DNA from: Camelus ferus
Lineage: Eukaryota
NCBI RefSeq assembly: GCF_009834535.1
Contig: NC_045696.1
Span: 12,712,001 to 12,776,000, forward strand
Length of the DNA stretch: 64,000 bases
Direction of reading: 5' to 3'
Part shown: positions 1 to 13,100 of the stretch, piece after piece
How positions within the stretch are numbered: the first letter of the stretch is position 1
How the letters are laid out: each line of letters starts with the position of its first letter
The notes under the pieces: generated by a model
The model's database searches: none
Seen by the model: the letters and a program-made list of their open reading frames with translations, nothing else
Told to the model about the DNA's origin: nothing
Position numbers and translations under genes: made by a program

Positions 1-634
1 AATATCCCTTCAAAACTATTAGACTAGAAAGCAGATCTAAAAAAACTGATATTTGAATCTTGGCCTAAAATCAAGTTGAGAACTTTAATTATAGATTTTC
101 TTAATCTTAGGGAGATAAATTTATGCAGAACTCAGTTAGATATTTATTGCCCTGGACTACCAGGTCTGTACCAACAATTTCACTTAATTATTGGTCCCTA
201 AGATGGGAGCACAAAGGTTAAAAGCAGCAAAAACAACGACAACCAAAAACCCCCCAAAACTAGGAGATGGTTTATAATTCAAGAAATGACCCTGAAAGGG
301 TAAGCAAATAGGAAACGTACTACATAAGACCGTTTCGGAAGTCTTTCCCTCAGAGGTAGATTGGACAAAAACCCAAAACTGTAAACAAACAAAAAAGATA
401 AATAAGTAGCAGACTCCAAAAACAGACTGAGAAAAAAAATTCAAATCATATCCTTCAAGAGCTAACTTCAAGAGCTAATATAAAGACAGACAGGTTTATC
501 CTTTTTTATTATTATTATGTTTTGGAAGTAGACTCAGAAATACCAGTTTGGATGATATCCTAAACATCTCTGAACATTTCAAAAATCTAGAAATCAAAAC
601 AAACTTCTGACCTTAAGATAAAGCAACTGATATC

Positions 635-664
635 CAAAACAAAACAAAACAAAACAAAACAAAA
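635..664 (+). repeat. (CAAAA)n pentanucleotide repeat
   Basis: Read directly from the sequence. Confidence 0.85.
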
Positions 665-1350
665 GGCTTAAAGGTTCTCCATTCTACAAGAATTGGGCAG
701 CTATGGTTAACAGTAATATGGTTAATAAGCAGAAAGGCCATGGGAAGAATTAATGTCCTGTAATGACTAAAACATAGGAGAACTATCTAAAATCTCTCCA
801 ATGCCACCCCAGGAAACATTAGCATTTAACAATTCCCCAACTTTCTTCTAAACTCCTATGGAGAAAGGTCCATAGATGGATGGACAACAATGTACAGATA
901 CAGGTAAGTTTATCTCCTAATAATTCTAGCACCGTAGAATGTCAGATCCCCTCAGAATACTAAAACCACTCAAATACTTGAAATGTCCAACAATCTATAA
1001 CAATTATTTTGGGACCATTATCAGAATACAGTACTTTCTTCCTGATACAAACATTTAATAGGTAAGGTACTGCTTAATAAATGGAACTGCCAGGTAAAAT
1101 TTACTGCAGAAGTATTATTTTTCAGAGTTCTGGAAAATGCTACATATGACCAAAATATAGCCAATTTTAACATATTACTACCACTAGGTATGATTCAAAG
1201 GTAACCAAAGGATAAGCTATGATCCTAGAATTTCTACACATGAAAGATTCTCAAGGTACAGGCAAAGTACCTATAGCTGAGTTTAAGAGTCCAGACTGAT
1301 TCTTCCTAGATTATCATAAACCTTCCTTTTTGTATGTACATAGACGGTTA

Positions 1351-1850
1351 GGCCTGCACTGTCCAATACAACAGCCACTAACCACGTGTGGCTAATGATC
1401 ACTTGAAATGTGGCAAGTATGACTGAGAAACTAAATTTCAAATTTTTATTTAATTTTAATTAATTTAAATTTCAAAATGGACACTAGATCCAGTTATTGG
1501 AAAACCTTAAGTGTGTTTGGAAAACAATTGGGTTACGTGAATGTACTTTTTTCACTGCAAATTTTCTGAAATCTAACTATGGATCGAGTATTCCTGATGA
1601 AAATTTCCTATCTAAACTGAAATGTGCTATAAATTTAAAATACACTGGATTTTGAAAATGTAATATGAAAAAAGAATGTAAAATATCTAAATTTTTTATT
1701 GATTACATGTTGAAATAGTATTTTTGGATACCGAGTTAAATAGAATGTTATTAAAATGAATTTCACCTATTTCTTCTTACATTTTTGGCTACTAGCAAAA
1801 CTTAAAATAGCATATGTGGCTCAGGCTGTATTCCTACTGACTGGTGCTTG
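1351..1850. mobile_element. hAT-Charlie DNA transposon fossil (Charlie1/MER33-like)
   Basis: CTGTCCAATA...GCCACTA...CACGTGTGGCTA terminus and a matching degenerate opposite end; family recalled from memory. Confidence 0.6.
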
Positions 1851-1869
1851 ATTAGTCCATGCTCTAAGG

Positions 1870-2077
1870 CAATGGTTGTCATCTGGGGGCAAAACTGTCT
1901 ACCTAGGGGACATTTGGCAATGTCTGGACATTTTTGGTTCTCATAACTGGGATGTTGCACTGGCATCTAGCAAAGAGAGGCCAAGAACACTGCTAAACAT
2001 CGTACTATGCACAGGACAGTCCCCAAAACAAAGTATGCAGTTCAAAATGCCAACAGTACTCAGGCTGAGAGACTCTG
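1870..2077. mobile_element. MER20-like hAT fossil
   Basis: GGGGACATTTGGCAATGTCTGGA...GGCATCTAG...TGCTAAACAT...GCACAGGACAG motifs typical of MER20. Confidence 0.75.
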
Positions 2078-2305
2078 CTCTATAATGGTTTTTCAACAGC
2101 ATGACATACATCAAAACTCTGTTGCCTCTTACAGCCTATCCTTGGAGCCAATAGCTTATTTTCTCTTGTATTGAGGAAGTACAGCCCGGACTAATTAATT
2201 AGTTGAAGTATCTTCAGAATCTGTACTTAGTTCACCTTTAAATCTGATTGTATCAACTACAGATTTGATATGTACAAATCTGACCTACAGATTTTGATCA
2301 ACTAC

Positions 2306-2487
2306 AGCTAACACCACAATGCCGAATGACTAAGATCAGGAACAAAACAAAGACATCTGCTCTCACCACGTCTGTTCAACACTGGAGGTTCTAGCCAGAT
2401 ACCTAATAAAAGGCATCCAGATTGGAAAAGAAGTAAACCTGTCTTTGTTGCCAATGACAAGATCTCGTACATAGACAATCCTAGGGA

Positions 2488-2530
<43 letters not shown>

Positions 2531-2600
2531 TAGAACTAACAAACAAGTTCAGCAAGGTTGCAGGGTACAAGATCAATACGCAAAAGCAAATCTGATGATA
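2306..2600 (+). mobile_element. Old L1 ORF2 fragment containing a (CA)n repeat
   Basis: AGATCAGGAACAAAACAAAGA...CTAGCCAG...GCAAGGTTGCAGGGTACAAGATCAA resembles L1 RT-region sequence. Confidence 0.65.
2491..2528 (+). repeat. (CA)19 microsatellite
   Basis: Read directly from the sequence. Confidence 0.95.
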
Positions 2601-5139
2601 GCATATAATGTACGTTTTCACTTTTTCCTTCTTGTTTTACCATCAACTGCTGTAGCCCTCTCTAATCCAGAGACTCTCTTGACTTTAGCCAATGAAGGAG
2701 ATTCTCATGATTACGGTTCTACAGTTCAAGAGGTTCATGCCCAGAACAGACATTTTGAACATTACTACTAAATTCTTAACAGATGTTGCTTGTTAACGGA
2801 TCTTATCTTAAAGAAAGAAAAAGAACGAAATGAACAATAGTATCTGTCTATACCATAACTAATGTTTTTCAGCATCTAGTACTTAACCAGATAGGCTCAA
2901 GTGGTCAAACTTGTGGTCTTCTAGAGGCCACATCACGTTGCTAAAAATGAAAGAGCAAATCAATATACTATCATCGGTCTTTCTGAAACAGTATACATCA
3001 ATTTGGAATGCCATGGAAACTGGGGTTTCTTAACCTCCTCAGGTAGCCCTATAAAATCTGGACAACAAATATACAAATTATTTGATGACTTGGTGCTACC
3101 TAAAGAAGTCGGTGTCCTTAAAAAGAAAACCACAGTTTAAAAAAAAAAAAAAAAGACATTATCAAAGCTATTGGAAATAGCTCACCCCCATGCTCAACAC
3201 TCTTTAACACTCTGCTCAGCCCAAAGTCCTTTTGCAAGGAACTTGTATAAAAGAGAAAGAAAAACATTAGAGAAGTTCGAGGATTCCATCATGAATACAC
3301 AAAAGTTTTGCCTCTAATTTTGAAAACCAAACAAATTGAGAATAACTGACTACAAAACCTTAAGGATAAAATTTGGCAAGGCCAGAAGTATCTCCTGGTC
3401 TTACCAGATAAAACCTGATAGCCACTTGCCAAGTTCTTCCATAAGACAATTCATTACAGTAAGAACAAAATGGCCACGATAGTAAACAAGCAGGGGGAAA
3501 GGGAGCTCTTGGGTAGTGGAGGATGTAACTATCTAAGAAAGGCCTTGAAGAAGAGCAAGAGTAGAAGGCTACTCACCTACTCTTCAAGATTAATTATGAA
3601 GCTGTTTTTCAAAGAAAAAAATTTTGTGTAAAATTAAAACAGATAAACAGAGCAGTGGAGTAGAATATAAAACACGCACCAGAAGATCTGGAAATACAAG
3701 AGAGAGGTACTGCAAAACCAGGGGCTGGACTATTAAATGAATGAAACTATGAGAATTGACTATATGAGGTAGGGTTTCTATCCTAACAACAGTCACAAAA
3801 TTTAGTTTCAGGTGAATTAGGTTTATTTTGAAAATCATAACTTTTAGAATTAAAGATCACAATTTTTTTAAACTTCAGGGAAGGAACAAATTTTTTAAAC
3901 CTAACACAGTAAAGGTTCAACCGTAAGGAAAACGAATGATAAATTGGAGTAAATTTAACTGAAAGAGTCTGTGTAAGACGGCCACAGACTATGCTAAGGT
4001 CAAGCCACATACTAGAAGAAGCCTTGTAAGAGACAAAGCATTAGAATCAGTAAGAATGTATGCAATCCAAGAGGAAAACAGACATATAGATAATATATTC
4101 ATAAAATGATAAGCAATAAATATATGGAATGAAGCTAAGATCCTTGGTAGCCAGGGAAATATAAGTTAAAACAAAGAGCTACTATCTCACAGCTCTGACT
4201 GGAAAACTTAAAAAATCTGGTTAAGATTAAGCATTTTGGTGATGAGATAAGAGTTCTCTTACACTGCCACTGGGAGTGCAAACTTGCACACTACACTGGA
4301 GAGCAGTCTGACATCTAATGTCCCAGGGTTTACATCTAAAACCACAGAGTTATCTACTGCCTGAAATTCCACGTGGGGGTGTATGTCCAGAGTATCTAGC
4401 ACATTTGCCTGAGAACACACTATCAAGACTACACACTTGCAGCACAGTTCAAAAGGCAAAAAATAACTACTGAAATGACAATTAGTGAGGGAAATGGTAA
4501 GCAAAGTGATAGAATATGATAATATACAGCAGTTATGTTGAGTGAAAAACACAGTGAGTGAAAAAGCGAGTTACAAACGAACACTTAAAATAGGATATCA
4601 TAAATATAAACTTTAAAAAAACTGCTATATATTATTTATGGATATAAACATGTGGTAAAGTATAAAACCTTAAATAGGAAGAAGTCACACCAACTTCAGA
4701 ACAGTAGTTAGCTTTAACGAGGGAAGGAGGAGATGGCGTCAGGGAGGAGTACAAAAGAGTAACACTTTATTTCTTTAAAAATCAGAAGCAAATATGGCAA
4801 AATAGTTTATGGAGAGTACAGGGCATTTATATTATTATTATGTATATCTGAAATATTTTGTAATTTAAAAGAATTTTAATGGGCACATATGGTGTAACAA
4901 TCAAATAATAACAGTAATTATTCACACCACAAAAACTTGTCAAGTAATAACATTATTTAAGCCACAGAAACTTTTGTACATACATTACAGCATGTGATAA
5001 ATAAGAGTTAAAAATAAATCCTAAAATTTGCAATTTACATTAGGGTTTTAAATTAATAATTTTGCTAATGGGCTTTGAATCTCATGCAATTTTAAAATGT
5101 CCTTATGCTAGAATTTTAAGGGGATGCTCTCAAGTTGTC

Positions 5140-7063
5140 AAAGCTATATAAATAAACTTTAATTAATGTGGTATTCTGAATTTCAGTCTTACTCTGGAAA
5201 GCTTTTTCTTTAGCATATAAACAGTAACAAGCTTTACATTTATATTTACAGGTTTCAAAGAAATACGCTAAGAGTCCTAAGTATGAAGAGTAGGTGTCCT
5301 ACACTTAATTATAGTGTTTCACCAAGAACCTGATGCCCTAAATAACGTGGAAAAACAATGCTCCATTATTCCCTTTTCTTTTCTATTTTGGGTTTGGGTC
5401 AGAAGCCAAGACATACCAATACTGTAAAAGTTATAAACAAAGTCCTATTACAAAACCATATTTAAAAGAAAGGTATGTAACTTTCACAGAAGAATAACAC
5501 AATCCTTTGGGTTTACTATGTCAGAGAGAGACATAGAAAGAGAATATTTTAAGAAAGGGGTTAAGAAGAGGTAGTAGAATTTTGCTATTTGTACTTCACT
5601 GACTGACTCCTTGAGTCTCAAAGCTGTAAGGTAATAAATACTACAGAGAAAAACTGAGGAGACAAAACTGGGCAGGACACTGCATCTGCAAATACAACTC
5701 AAGACCTTTAACTCACGTAATACTTCACTCTCCACTAAAGTACTCTGACTACACTCATACTATTTCAGTAACAACCATTTTACCCAGTTGATGGTGAGCA
5801 GTAATTTTATTTAACATGAGTTGCTTTTTGCCTAAACATTTGCAAAAGAGATGATTAGCTGACCTTTCAAGTAACCTTGCTATTAGATACGTTACTATTT
5901 CCCATGTAATGGAAGACTGCAATAAAATTATTCCAGGTTCCAAACTTCCACACTTTTATATTTGGGGCACAATTTTTAAGGGCAATAGTACTGTGGTAAA
6001 AGGCAGGTTTTTACCTACTCCATTTCAGCCTGTTATACTGAACTTTACTTAGTATTAAAATTCTTAACTTGCACTTCTGAAGACTGGAAAAAATTAGCTC
6101 CCCCCAGATCTCTAATTTAGTGTAACTTTAATCAGTAAGAATAGCAAAATTTGCTTACAAAATTCAAAGCCTCCTACAACATGTTATCTTCCGTTTTTTC
6201 CACCATTCTTAAATTTCAGATGTAACTCATTTATTTCTTCCCTCTTGACAGAGGAATAACTACCACTCTGCTTCATGAATGAAATAATCTAATCCCTGTT
6301 TCTCTCAAATTCTCCCCCTCTGAAGACTCATTCCAACTGAGTGATAAGTTCACTGACAAGTCTGCTATTCAAATTTCACTAATACAAGGAAATTCTTCTT
6401 CTACAGCAAAAGGTCAGTGTCATGAATTTAATCTCTGAATTTCATAACCTTTAATAAATGGAGGCACCTTAAAGTTCAGTTTATACTCTTTATATAGAAT
6501 TTCAGAGCATGCTTTAAATAGCTTAAGATAAGCTATATTAATAGCTTAATGTCATTTTATCATTAAAATAATCTACAAATATCAGAATACTAGTTTTGTT
6601 GTCATAACTAATAAATACATCTTAAAATATCTGTAGCTGTAAATCAACCCTCTCAATTCATTTGCCTCACTTGGACAGTTCTAAAACACAGATCATCAAA
6701 CTGGGTTTAACAGTATAATACAGTTGTACAATGTTTTCACAAATTCCAATTCTGTAATTTAGAGGTTTTCCATATTTATTTTTAAATATACAAAGAGATT
6801 AAACTATTAATATAAATATTTTATCTCAAATATGTAATATTCTTATGTAAAAGAAAAGGTTTCCAAACATTTACAAAGCAATCTAAAGATAAGTAAACCT
6901 GATTTTACGATCATTACATTAACCAAAATAATTTTCCAGAGAAGGTCCTATTTAAAAGTAATGCTCACTGGCCTCCTCACATTAACACTTCAAGATGAAT
7001 CCAAATCCATTGCCTTTGCTTGATTTACTTCAGGGATCACTTCCAATGGGAAAAAAAAAAATC
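5140..7063 (-). other. LTN1: Probable LTN1 3' UTR (3' end uncertain)
   Basis: AT-rich, repeat-poor sequence after the stop codon. Candidate minus-strand poly(A) signals are AATAAA at 6775-6780 and 5806-5811 and ATTAAA at 5158-5163. Confidence 0.5.
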
Positions 7064-7126
7064 TCAGAAAAACGTCTCACGACAGAGTGGACAAGTAGAT
7101 TTGTTGCTAGATGTAAACCACTTGTA
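7064..7126 (-). CDS. LTN1: LTN1 exon 30, coding part (63 nt including TGA)
   Basis: CAG acceptor; [20 protein letters not shown]. Confidence 0.95.
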   Translation of the reverse strand, partial: YKWFTSSNKSTCPLCRETFF

Positions 7127-10100
7127 CTGAAAAAGAAAAGTTTATTTAAATGTTAAGAGAACTTTTTAAACTGTCATTTTACATATAAATCTAAAATAGC
7201 TTTAAAATGATGAAGTAAAAAAGGGAGAAACTGAAACGTCTTTTCCCTCTGTTCATCTCCAAAACCAACACGACTCAGTACTCCTTCCAAAGGCCACACT
7301 GCACTGCTTCCCACCTCTGCTCAGGCACACAACCACGAAGACCCATGGGATCTTCCATGGGAAGACCTCCCATGAAGCAGCTGAACATAGGGCAACTCTC
7401 TTCCCAATACGATGTTTAAAAAGAGCAAAAAAACTCTGATGCCAGATGGCCCCTAAGTCTAATTTTTTCAGTCTCTTTTACGGTGTAGATCTTATAAGAC
7501 CATCTATTTTTTGAGTTCTGAGAGCAATTTTAGAAACAACCACTTATTAAAATGCTTTGATGCCACCTCTCTCAATAAATTACTAATTATCTTTCACATG
7601 TTTTTGAAAAATCATTTTTAATATGTTTCTCATTAACTACAAGTAAGAGATTAATAGCCACTGTTATCCAAGGTTAGATATCATACATATATAATTATAC
7701 ATAAGATATAAATAAGTTAATTTCTCTCCAGACTTACCAAGCAAGCTGAATGGAACTTTTTCTTGCATGTTCTACAGGCTTTTTTGGGAAGAGAATAGTT
7801 GAAACCGTGAATGACTGAGAAACAGATCATGCAATCTTCAACACCCTCAAAACGTTTGTCTACATTATTCTTCCATAACGCTAAGCCTTCCATAATACTT
7901 CCATTCTGTTAAGAAAAAAATAAATTTAATAAATTAATAAATCAATATACACTGAAGATCACCAATGTTACTTTTATTCAATTTCACAAATTTTAAAGTT
8001 GAATTACAACTTGGAGAAAAGAAAATCTGCTTGGCTACATTCAGAATTCTAACTTTTATGAATACTGGTTTTTAAAATGACCTTCCAAGTTTTAGGAACC
8101 AGATATAATTTTTTTCCATTAAAGGCAGACTTGAAAGAAAGGCCTCTATCCTAATTTTCCAGTTTTATTGCCTGAGCTTGTTGTTCAGTAAAACTCTGAA
8201 TAATTAAATCATTTAGATCAGTTCTCCTGAGTTTTAACTAAAAATAATGAAATTAATTCTTACCTTCTCAAATGCTAATCTGTTCCACCTCTCTAATACT
8301 GGTGAATACACTTGTTTTAAAATAATTTTTCTTTACTGTAGAATGCCTGAGGTACACATCACAATGTATAAACAGAACTAGAGAACGCTTGTACTTTGTT
8401 TAAAAGGCACAGGTACTGGGATTACTATAACCACAAAAGAAGACTTAAATTGCTAAGTAGCTCAGAAGACATTCATCCATCCTGTATCTTGCAAAAAGAT
8501 TCCCTCTCAAACAATTCCGTTAATACCATGTATTGTTCTATGTCATCTACAATGTCAGTGAAGTAAAGTCAGTTCTTCTCAAATACCAGACAAAAATGTC
8601 GTAGAGCCTTAAAAATTAAAACAGCTTGGCAGGTTCAAATCATTTAGGCAGATATCTGTGTTATCCAACAAACTATGATGTCCGTTTCTACTTAAGCAGA
8701 AGAGACATACTGAAAGTTTTATTGCCCTCAGATAGTAAATCAGCACTATACCTCTGGTTTGGACACAGAAACTTACTTGATGGGTGAGGTATGTGCTTAA
8801 CTGGAGCATCCAGTTCCGCCACTGCTGAACAGCCACTCCAACTCTTTTCCCACTTTCTACTGTTATTGAACCCAGTGGATAATTTGAAGGCAGCTGTATT
8901 ATAAGTTCAATAACTATGTCCTCAATTGTATAAGTGGCCATTACTTCTCGAGTAGTAGCCCGAGCTTTCACCTGCAACACAAGAGGTTAATATTTTTTTT
9001 GCCAAATATCTTTTCTTTGTTTTCATTCAGAAAACACCTTGGTGGGCTGACTACTAAAGTATGAATAAACATGTTCAGTTTTCTGACATGAGATATTTAA
9101 TAAAGAGGCTCAAATACCTGATGTATTTTATAGTGTTGCTATGACACTCAAAGATATTTCCAAAAGAAACGCACCGCTCATAAAGTATGTTTTATTATAT
9201 TAGGCTTGTCATATCATAAATAGTTTTTGCATAGACCAATAACAGAATGGGTTATTATTTATTATTCCTTCTCTTCCAAACCAAGAGGATCAAATACCAC
9301 TTCTGTTTAGATGTCTCCCAAGTCTTCTCTACCAGAGAATTCTCTTGAGCTTTAGAGTCAATCAACAACTGCCAAAATATTTATACCTGACCTTGATTCT
9401 CTTACTAGCATTGCAAATTCAACATAAAACACAAATTATCATCCTTTACAAATTTATTCTTCTGGCATTCCTATTTCCAGGCTATAAAAACCATAGCATC
9501 ATCTTAAATTTCTCCTTCTACTGAATCCCAGATATTAACTAGTCGCAAGTTTGGATAAAGCACCACAAAATTCCTCACACCCCTCTACTTTTAAGGACCA
9601 TTTCCACTGATATGGCCTCCCTCAGGCCCTCCTCATAACGCCCACATTAACAGTCTCCCTAACTGGTGCTGACATCTGAAACTCAAGCTCCCTGCCAAAA
9701 GACCATGTTAGAGATTCAGTTAGAGCAGTTTCATAGATTAGAACTCTGACAGTGTCACTGCCTCAAAAGAAAAATTCCAGAGGCTACATAGGACCAAATA
9801 TTTTAGACTGTTGTTTGAGGCCTCACCCAATATGGTCCTAATTTATCATAGAAGCATTTTATTCTCTATTTACCTTCAGGAGTTCTACCCTGTATGAATA
9901 CTGGGCTATTCATCATTTTGTAGGCAATCACAGAAATTTTATTCTCATCTCCAAGCTTTCTGCTTTTCCCATATTATTTTCTGTAAATTAAATGCCTTTC
10001 CCCCCATTTTTCCCATAACAAAATCCTGCCTACCTCAACTTTCTCCATAAAGTCTCACCTGAACCCCTCAGCCAGGCGAACCTTTCCCTCTATGAGTACA

Positions 10101-13100
10101 GAATACTCTCCCTCATAATGTGCCACTTTCTAGTTTCCAATGCAAAAAACATTACTGGTATCACTCTTTTCCCTTTATTAGATTATATGGTATTACAGGA
10201 CAGGTATCTGATCCTACTAAACTGTTCATTTTGCAGGTGACTGGCATACAGTGCCTTGCACCTGTAGGTATTCCAATATATATTTCAAAGTAACTAATGA
10301 ACGCTCAAAGACCTTTAAAAATTGTGAATCACTATATTGTACACCTGTAGCGTATATAACATTGTACATCAACTATACTTCAATAACAAATAAACCGAAT
10401 AAACAAAAAAGGGGGTAAATGAAATTATAACATTATTTCGATTTAATTTGAGATTTGATATTCAAAAATCAGAAAACAAAGTAGACAATTTCTATAAATT
10501 CTGAACCAAGAGCTATAACTGTGATGATACTCACTACAACTGACAGACATAACCAATATTCAAGCAACTTTTCTAGAAAAAATTTAAGACAATACTAACC
10601 GTCATGCCATTAAACAGTTGTGTACTTGTTTGCACAGAAGATATTTCTTGAAAAGAAAGAACATTGCTAACATACTTGCTTGTAAATCTATCTACAATAT
10701 TGAAAACACGTTTCTCACTACTATTCCACCACAGCCTAACCATGGCGGGCAAGTCTTTTAATGTCATGTGATAGACTGAACAAGCCAAGTGCGGAATATG
10801 GTATGGAAGAGTTGAGGTATCTGAGGAAAAAAATAAATTCTTAGTTAGTAAGATATATTTCTTACATGGAATAACAGACTAATCGTAGTATCTTCCTTAG
10901 AAGATCATTTTTAATTCCTTAACACTAGTGCCAGAGCTCATAAAACAAACATACCCAAGAAACCAGAACTCAAGAATTAGCTGTCTCACACATTCAAAAT
11001 GAACAACCAAAACGGCAAAAAGAATGAAGATCCCAAATGACACCGAAAAATCTGCCTAGAAATGGCACTCTGTAAGTTTCACATGAAAAATCACAAATAC
11101 AATGAAACACACATACTTTTTAAAGGAGGAGAAATTAAAGATTCTTTTTCTTATAAATTATGAAAAAGAGTTTGCTGGTCCCCTTTACTCTCACTGATGT
11201 GTTATGCAAAAGTCCTAGAATCCCACCTTAATACTCAACAAGACGAAGTCCCATCCTCAGATCTCCAAGGCTTTTAAAAAATTCCTATTCTCAGGAAATC
11301 ACTTAGATCACTTAGAACATTGTGGTCCAGCTAGACGTGTGTTTATCTATCCGTTCAGCTAAAATGTGAGCCCCCGGAGTAAAAACAATAAATTTTATTC
11401 ACCTGTTTTCCCCAGCTGAAGACTATTCATTTACAGGCCAATAAGACATTATCACATAACAAGTATTTGTTTACAGAGTAAAAGATAAGTCTCAACAAAC
11501 TAAGCTTCAAAAATTAAAGTCTTAACAATCTTAGCCACTCGGTCTAATTCTATGTCCCATTTAGAAAAATATGGAAAATCTCTCACTGCAACATTTTCAT
11601 AGCCAGGACCCACGTTTGGGGTTACTCTCCACACCCTCAGGATAAGGCATAATATAACCTAATCTGAACCTCGTCTCCAAGAAAGAACACAAAAACACAT
11701 CATACTGACCTCTAATACTCAGCTGGAGCTCTTCTGTAAAGAAAGTTTTAGGGTCCTTACTGGAGAGCTCAATAGCTGTCTCTGAAAAGGTCGGGTTTTC
11801 TGGCATCAGTCTGAACAGGTGATAGAGCAATTTATTCAAACTTTTCGTTTTTCGAAGGTACATTGAGTATAGAGCTCGAAGCTGATGGAGAGTAAAGAAT
11901 TTGTTAGTAAACCCAATTAAACCAAGATAATCAGTAGATACGAACAGATCAAAGTATAGGAGATTGTACAGAATACAATACAAAAATGCATTCATCTGAA
12001 CACTGCAAATTACATGGAAGAGTCCTACAAAATACATGGCACAGTCTAACTTTCCAAATGTGTCATCTGAGGGCACTGCAACCCTCCTCATAAACTAGCA
12101 GGAGTTGTCACTCTCTCCTCATTATTAGACATCTGCTTCTAACATCTTTTTCAAACTGTCTCCGTAAGTTCTCCCCCACTTGGAGTCTCTGAGCAAGGAA
12201 AACCTATTTGCCATCCCCACAGATAACCCACTCACTCTCTTTCTAAGTCTTCCATACATTCCTTGCACACCATAATCCCGAATCTTTCAACATCCTGCTT
12301 AAGACAAATCCCATTTTTATGGCTGACCTCACCCTATAACAAACATTGCAGCATCCCTTTATGACAGCACAAATTAGTGGTCCAAAACATCCTGGGGTCT
12401 TCTCACAGTTGTTTTATAAATCAAGAAATTTCCCATAAAAATATGGATTTCTGATTTCTTTTTTAAAAATAGGAAAATCTAGCACCACTGGGTGCACTAT
12501 AGGTTATCTGTGAGACACATGCTTTGGACTCATTCCTCAATAATATAGTTTTCAGTTGTTTGCATTTACTTTGCAGCTCTTGGTATCTGTACCTGTTTTT
12601 AAATTATTTCTTCCACTATACTACATGTTTCCTCAAAGTATAAAGACACCATTTTCTGAACACTGTAAATACTCAAATACAAAGATCAAGCCATAGGATT
12701 TGGAATTAATTCTTAAAATATTGACCAAAGTACCTTTATAATGGAGAAATCTGGAGGGCACTACCTTTACCAAGTAACCAAAGTTAACACCACCAATAAA
12801 AGGAGACATGACATTCTGTGTTCCTGAGGTGATACACTCAGAACACACCACCACTGTGCCCTAAACACTCTCGCTGAAAAGGAACCAGAATCTAACCATG
12901 AGGAAATGATCAGACAAATCCAAACTATAAGATAGTCTACAAAATAACTGACCTGGTGAATGACAGGAAAGAAAAGTAAAGTAGTTGTAAGTTAAAGAAA
13001 TATGACAGACAAATGCAAATGTGATCCTTGACTGAATCCTCAACAGATAAGGAAATAAAACTATGAAGGACATTACTGGGACAACTAGGAAAATTTAAAT

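Noticed and set aside
7340..7378. TCTTCC-ATG-GGAAGA hairpin and repeated CCATG in intron 29
   Set aside because: The 6-bp stem is too short to distinguish from chance, and it has no RNA-gene features.
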